This document shows, in pieces, positions 39,188 to 43,413 of a stretch of 43,413 nt of DNA. This stretch comes from Candidatus Shapirobacteria bacterium. Lineage in GTDB: Bacteria; Patescibacteriota; Microgenomatia; UBA12405. Location: positions 8,793 through 52,205 of the forward strand of contig JAQVQI010000001.1 in the NCBI GenBank assembly GCA_028701645.1. The letters are read 5' to 3'. The position numbers were made by a program, and so were the translations under genes. The notes beneath the pieces are model-generated. The model saw only the letters and a program-made list of their open reading frames with translations, did no database searches and was not told the DNA's origin. The number at the start of each line of letters is the position of its first letter. Positions within the stretch are counted from its first letter, which is position 1.

Positions 39188-40768
39188 CTATCCGAATATA
39201 TCCTTAGCTACGTCATACAAATCCTCTTTTTTATCATTTTTTTCTACCAATTGCTCACTCACACTTTCTACTGGAGTATCGTTTTGTATAATCAACGGAG
39301 CTTTTCGGCTTTTTCCCAATACACAATCGAATATTAACTCTACTCCCAAAACTTGAAACAGGCCAGCTTCAACAATTTTTTTGTTTTTAGGTTCTTCCAA
39401 TCTATCCTTATGAAATGGATAGAAAACTTCTAAAATCAACTTTCGGTCAACAAATTTAATTGGTTTAGCGGCTCTCAAAAAAGCTTCAACAGAATGATTA
39501 ATTGGCTTTATAGCTAATAAAATATTTCCCCAAGACTGAATAATTTTATCCAAATCGATTCCAGTTACTTCTAATATCAAAGAATTATTTTCATCTATTT
39601 TTTTTACCAAAACCTCATCTTCTACTTCCTTATTTTCATCCTTTTTTGGTTTTAAAGTTTTTATTATTTTTTCTATTTTTTCAACTTCAGAATCACTTTT
39701 TTCTTCAATTTGTTTTGCAAAAAAACCTTTATTTTTATTTATAAAATCAATTACTGCCAACTCTAATGGTAGCTGGTCAATTTCAGTTTCTTTTTCTTGC
39801 TTCGCCGCTCGAATTAATAGTGAAATCCATTCTTCTAACTGGACTAAATTCAATTCAGATTTTTTACCACTACCCACCTCAAATACTAACAATAACTTAT
39901 TCATAAAATATTCCAAAAATTTTTGTCTTAAAGATACAAAATCAATCCCATCATTAGACATTTTTTCTAATTTTTCTAAAATATTTTTAGTTTTGCCGGC
40001 CAACAAATCTTTTTCAAGCTCCTCCTCATTATAATCACCACTTTTATTTATATAAAAACCAATTACATCGTCAAATGTAATATTTTCCCCAAAAGATAAT
40101 ACTAATTCATTGAAGTTTTTTTGAAGATTACGAAAACTCCCGTCACTTTTATCCAAAATATAATCAATTGTTTTATCATCGATATTAATTTTTTCTCCTT
40201 TAATAATTTTTTGGAGTGAATTTCTTAAAGCTTCCTTATCCCCTTTTCTAAAATCAACTTTTACTAATCTTGACATTACCGTATCTGGTATTTTTGAGAC
40301 ATCGGTGGTGCACAAAATAAAGATAGTATGCTTAGGTGGTTCTTCGATTAACTTCAATAGTGCATTGAAGGCCTCTTTTGTCATCATGTGGACTTCATCA
40401 ATAATAAAAACCTTGAATTTCAACTTACTTGGAGATAAATAAGCCTTATCTTTTAGATTACGAACATCCTCTATCCCTCTATTTGAAGCAGCATCCATTT
40501 CCAAAATATCAATCGATCCTCCTTTTAAAATTTCTTGACAATTCTCACACTGATTACACGGTTCACCATCTTTTCGGTCTTCACAATTGATAGCTCTAGC
40601 TAATATTCGAGCGGCCGAAGTTTTTCCAGATCCTTTAGGCCCAGAAAATAAAAAAGACTGAGGAATATCATTTGATCTTAAAAAATTTCTTAAAGTATTA
40701 GCCACCTCAACCAAATCTAGTTCTGAAATCTTAGCTGGTCTATATTTTAGATGAAAAACTGACATCAA
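39188..40768 (-). CDS. dnaX: DNA polymerase III subunit gamma/tau
   Basis: Walker A GPKGSGKTS, Zn module CNQCENC, DEVHM, SRL sensor. 526 aa. Confidence 0.93.
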   Translation of the reverse strand: MMSVFHLKYRPAKISELDLVEVANTLRNFLRSNDIPQSFLFSGPKGSGKTSAARILARAINCEDRKDGEPCNQCENCQEILKGGSIDILEMDAASNRGIEDVRNLKDKAYLSPSKLKFKVFIIDEVHMMTKEAFNALLKLIEEPPKHTIFILCTTDVSKIPDTVMSRLVKVDFRKGDKEALRNSLQKIIKGEKINIDDKTIDYILDKSDGSFRNLQKNFNELVLSFGENITFDDVIGFYINKSGDYNEEELEKDLLAGKTKNILEKLEKMSNDGIDFVSLRQKFLEYFMNKLLLVFEVGSGKKSELNLVQLEEWISLLIRAAKQEKETEIDQLPLELAVIDFINKNKGFFAKQIEEKSDSEVEKIEKIIKTLKPKKDENKEVEDEVLVKKIDENNSLILEVTGIDLDKIIQSWGNILLAIKPINHSVEAFLRAAKPIKFVDRKLILEVFYPFHKDRLEEPKNKKIVEAGLFQVLGVELIFDCVLGKSRKAPLIIQNDTPVESVSEQLVEKNDKKEDLYDVAKDIFG

Positions 40769-40821
40769 TAGATTAAACCAGAGGTGAACTTAATTTACAA
40801 TAATACTATCTACATCAATAC

Positions 40822-42327
40822 TTATTCATCGTCTCTTTCAGTTAAAGTTTTTTTGACCAAATTTAGATCCAATGTATTAACAACCCCATCCATATTTAAA
40901 TCACCTTCTATCCCACATTTGATTTCCAATCCTGAGTTCAATCTTGATTTGATATAGCCCAAATCAACCGTATTTACCATCCCATCGACACTAACATCGC
41001 CAGACAACAAAGTATATTCACTAAAATCATAAGTTTTATTGCTTTTTAAATCGATATCACAAACAACACTCTCCGCCATTTTCTCTTTTTGCCCATCTAA
41101 ACACATTTTTCTTCTCAAATGCCACGGACCTTTAACTTTTATGTAATTAAAATTATTTACCAAACTATATTTATTACTATCCAGCTTTAAATTTGTTACC
41201 TCAAAAACACGATTTCCTTTAGTGTCTACTTCATCTGTTTCTTCAAAAGCGGCTTCAATATTATCTTCATATTTATTGGTTGGTACATTTTCAATGTTTA
41301 ACATCAATTTTGTTTGATTAACCAAAAACTGGTCGATACAATTTGACCCCGGAAGTATTCCATCAAAAGCTATTTTAAAAGAGATATCAGACCCGAATGG
41401 CTTACTTACCACTACTTTTATATTTGTAGAAATATTTGTCCCTTTTACTTTCGCTATAATTGTGGCCTCGCCTTCCTTGTTGGCACTAACTAATCCATTA
41501 ATATCGACCGAGGCAACACTGGCATTATTACTTTCCCATAAAAAAGAAACTGTTTTTCCTTCAGGAATAGTTTTTGTTGTCAATTTCAATGACTCCCCAA
41601 CTGTCAAAGACAAAGGATTTGGTGTCACTACGATATCGGTTATTGATAAGGCTATGGTTTCAATCGGGATGACCGTTGTCGTTCTTGTTGGAGCTCTGGT
41701 TGGCGCTTGGGTTAGAGCTCTGGTTGGCACTTGGGTCGGGGCTCTGGTTGGTACTTGGGTCGGAGCTCTAGTTGGAGCTCGAGTTGGGGCTCTGGTTGGC
41801 GCTCGAGTTGGTGCCCTAGTCGGAGCTTGGGTTGGAGTTTTGGTTGACGTCGAGACTGGAACTGTAGTTGGGTTTTGTGATAGTGAACCACCCCCCAACA
41901 AAATGCGCAAATCCACTCCTTCAACAGAAGAATCAGGAAGATTACTTGAAGTTGTTTTTTTACAGTGTCTATTTTTACTGCTACAATAGTGGTTAGAATA
42001 GCAATCTGTTGATTTAGAACATTCTCCACCACTTCGAGATTTACATACATTTGAATAGCAAACATAAGGAGATCGACAATCACTTTCACTATTACAACTT
42101 TGATTTAGTCCTTGATTCCCAGTTCTAATTACCCCGTTTTTACACACACCGCTTGAACAAATTAATGGTGGCTGACACCCCGAAGTATATTTACAAGTCT
42201 GACCTAGTTGAGCATAAGCCAAACTCCGATTTTCTTGATTTTGTTGACCCAAATAAGATGTTATAGGCAAAACCAAAGCTAAAAAAAACATCAAAATCAA
42301 AACCTTTTTTTGTCGTGTATTATTCAT
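40822..42327 (-). CDS. Secreted multidomain protein: 3 Cys-rich modules, PT-repeat linker, Big_2 domain, beta-rich domain, dockerin
   Basis: Signal peptide. Three C-x5-C-x5-C-x4/6-C modules. (APTR)n linker. Big_2-like ITDIVVTPNPLSLTVGESLKL..ATIIAKV. Duplicated dockerin F-hand (GDVSVDGMVNTVDLGYIKSRL and GDLNMDGVVNTLDLNLVKKTL). Confidence 0.7.
   Translation of the reverse strand: MNNTRQKKVLILMFFLALVLPITSYLGQQNQENRSLAYAQLGQTCKYTSGCQPPLICSSGVCKNGVIRTGNQGLNQSCNSESDCRSPYVCYSNVCKSRSGGECSKSTDCYSNHYCSSKNRHCKKTTSSNLPDSSVEGVDLRILLGGGSLSQNPTTVPVSTSTKTPTQAPTRAPTRAPTRAPTRAPTRAPTQVPTRAPTQVPTRALTQAPTRAPTRTTTVIPIETIALSITDIVVTPNPLSLTVGESLKLTTKTIPEGKTVSFLWESNNASVASVDINGLVSANKEGEATIIAKVKGTNISTNIKVVVSKPFGSDISFKIAFDGILPGSNCIDQFLVNQTKLMLNIENVPTNKYEDNIEAAFEETDEVDTKGNRVFEVTNLKLDSNKYSLVNNFNYIKVKGPWHLRRKMCLDGQKEKMAESVVCDIDLKSNKTYDFSEYTLLSGDVSVDGMVNTVDLGYIKSRLNSGLEIKCGIEGDLNMDGVVNTLDLNLVKKTLTERDDE
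41680..41838. repeat. 12-bp tandem repeat array encoding (A/V)PT(R/Q), a GC-rich island
   Basis: About 13 imperfect units (GGAGCTCTGGTT / GGCGCTTGGGTT and similar) inside the secreted-protein gene. Confidence 0.9.
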
Positions 42328-42373
42328 TTCTCTTGATTAAATTAAACCAAATTTAATCAAAAAATACCATCAC

Positions 42374-42736
42374 TTATTTGTTTAAATTATCAATTCCATG
42401 AGACAACCACTGATACAAAATAGTCTTTAAATCAGACTTTTGAAATTTAATCTCATATTTTAATTTTTGAGTACAAATAACAATGTCCCCCAACCTGATC
42501 ATTCCATCCTCATCGGCTTTTTTAGACATGGGAAACTCTAATACCTGAGGTATATACGTTTTTTGTCGATGTTGAATATTTAATTTTTTCGCTCTAATTT
42601 TCCCCACAAATAATAAACTCAATTCAACATTTGATTGGTAGCCTTTTTCTATTAAGACCGAATTCGTTATTTTTTTAACCAACTCTTCATCAACCCCCCA
42701 ATTTCTAGGATGACTAATAAGAATTGTGTTATTCAT
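42374..42736 (-). CDS. YbeY-like protein lacking most of the HxxxHxxxxxH zinc motif
   Basis: 120 aa. The family core is conserved (LLFVG..KLN..R.K.Y...VLEFPM, GDIVIC), but the C-terminus ends at SHGIDNLNK. Confidence 0.55.
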   Translation of the reverse strand: MNNTILISHPRNWGVDEELVKKITNSVLIEKGYQSNVELSLLFVGKIRAKKLNIQHRQKTYIPQVLEFPMSKKADEDGMIRLGDIVICTQKLKYEIKFQKSDLKTILYQWLSHGIDNLNK

Positions 42737-42760
42737 AAATCTTAAATCATAAAGAGAAAA

Positions 42761-43195
42761 TCATTGATTAATTTTTTCTTTTACTATCCTCGATACTAAA
42801 CCACCGTCGACTGCCCCTCCTAGTTTAGCCATCACCTCTTTCATAACCAACCCAAAGTTATTACCTTTTTCTTCAATTATTTGTAAAACTATTTTTGTAA
42901 CTTCCTCTTCACTTGTCTCTTTGGGTAAATACTCTTTAACAATTGATATTTCATAGTCCATTTGATCAACTAAATCATTTCTATTTCCTTTAGCAAACAA
43001 AGTCTTTGCTTCTTCTTTATTCTTAAGTTCTTTTCGTAAAACTGAGACTTCATCCCCTTCTGTCATTTGTCCAACCGGAAGTTGTAGCTCTTTTTTATCA
43101 ATCAAAGACACTAAAAACCTTAAAACCTCGACTCTTTTTGAATCGTGATTTTTTAATGCTTCAATACTTTGTTGTTTAAGTTTATCTTTTAACAT
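42761..43195 (-). CDS. GatB/YqeY-domain protein
   Basis: LKDKLKQQSIEALKNHDSKRVEVLRFLVSLI.. is typical of YqeY. The track start (43246) overlaps rpsU by 65 nt; the ATG at 43195 is preferred, but the start is uncertain. Confidence 0.75.
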   Translation of the reverse strand: MLKDKLKQQSIEALKNHDSKRVEVLRFLVSLIDKKELQLPVGQMTEGDEVSVLRKELKNKEEAKTLFAKGNRNDLVDQMDYEISIVKEYLPKETSEEEVTKIVLQIIEEKGNNFGLVMKEVMAKLGGAVDGGLVSRIVKEKINQ

Positions 43196-43403
43196 CGTGT
43201 CTTCTGGAATTTTTAGCTCGTCGACGACATTTGTCTCGCCAAACAACTATTTTCTTTTTGGCATATCTTAATTCAGATGGCTTAACATAAGCAGTTCTTT
43301 TTTTCACTTCATCCGCTATATCTTCTTCAAGACACAAACGACGGAATTTACCAATAATATCGTCTTTGGATTCACCTTTCTTTTTTTGTACTATAATTGA
43401 CAT
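43182..43403 (-). CDS. rpsU: 30S ribosomal protein S21
   Basis: 73 aa. GES..D.I.KFRR...EE.I..E.KKR..Y.KPSE.R..KKK pattern. Confidence 0.88.
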   Translation of the reverse strand: MSIIVQKKKGESKDDIIGKFRRLCLEEDIADEVKKRTAYVKPSELRYAKKKIVVWRDKCRRRAKNSRRHDVKR

Positions 43404-43413
43404 TAACTAAAAA

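Noticed and set aside
41462-42089. Long ORFs on both strands across the 12-bp repeat array.
   Set aside because: They are artefacts of the periodic GC-rich repeat inside the secreted-protein gene, giving poly-(GALV) and poly-(PEL) translations.

Overview
AT-rich, very gene-dense window. It looks like a small-genome bacterium, possibly Candidate Phyla Radiation (CPR)/Patescibacteria-like; that is my inference from short housekeeping proteins, several degenerate enzymes and gene content, not a computed result. All calls rest on motif recognition by eye; no searches were run.

The genetic code appears standard: conserved genes are unbroken and TGA is used as a stop at 8218-8220.

Most of the window is core information-processing and envelope genes:
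- ligA, pth, gyrB-gyrA, dnaB, the dnaX-ybaB-recR block and the rpsF-ssb-rpsR block
- hisS, cysS, rpmE, prfA, rpsU, yebC, pta
- lgt-like, dksA-like, lspA and rluA-family genes
- htrA, ctpA, a MacAB-type exporter and an MsbA-type exporter
- three tRNAs: Ala-CGC, Leu-CAA and His-GTG

Findings worth a second look, best first:
1. A free-standing GIY-YIG nuclease gene sits inside a tRNA-Leu(CAA) locus. Upstream are two displaced copies of tRNA nt 1-29. Both end at the same nucleotide, and both carry a different GC-rich hairpin at the same internal junction. The only consensus -10 box I found lies upstream of the whole array.
2. A tyrosine recombinase sits at the point where a long + strand gene block gives way to a mostly - strand region. 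It is flanked by the largest non-coding stretches in the window, which carry ATAGGA and GGGGAGTC motif arrays, an 11-6-11 dif-like palindrome, a candidate C-rich small RNA and a heptamer microsatellite.
3. dnaX has an in-frame A_AAA_AAG heptamer just after the clamp-loader core, with a -1 frame stop two codons later. This is the same arrangement as E. coli tau/gamma frameshifting.
4. The class-I release factor (PxT type) completely lacks its N-terminal domain 1.
5. A small protein with an HEPN-like RNxxxH motif is start/stop-overlapped with a His-rich membrane protein.
6. A secreted protein combines Cys-rich modules, a PT-repeat linker, a Big_2 domain and a dockerin.
7. Several short sequence families recur in intergenic DNA.
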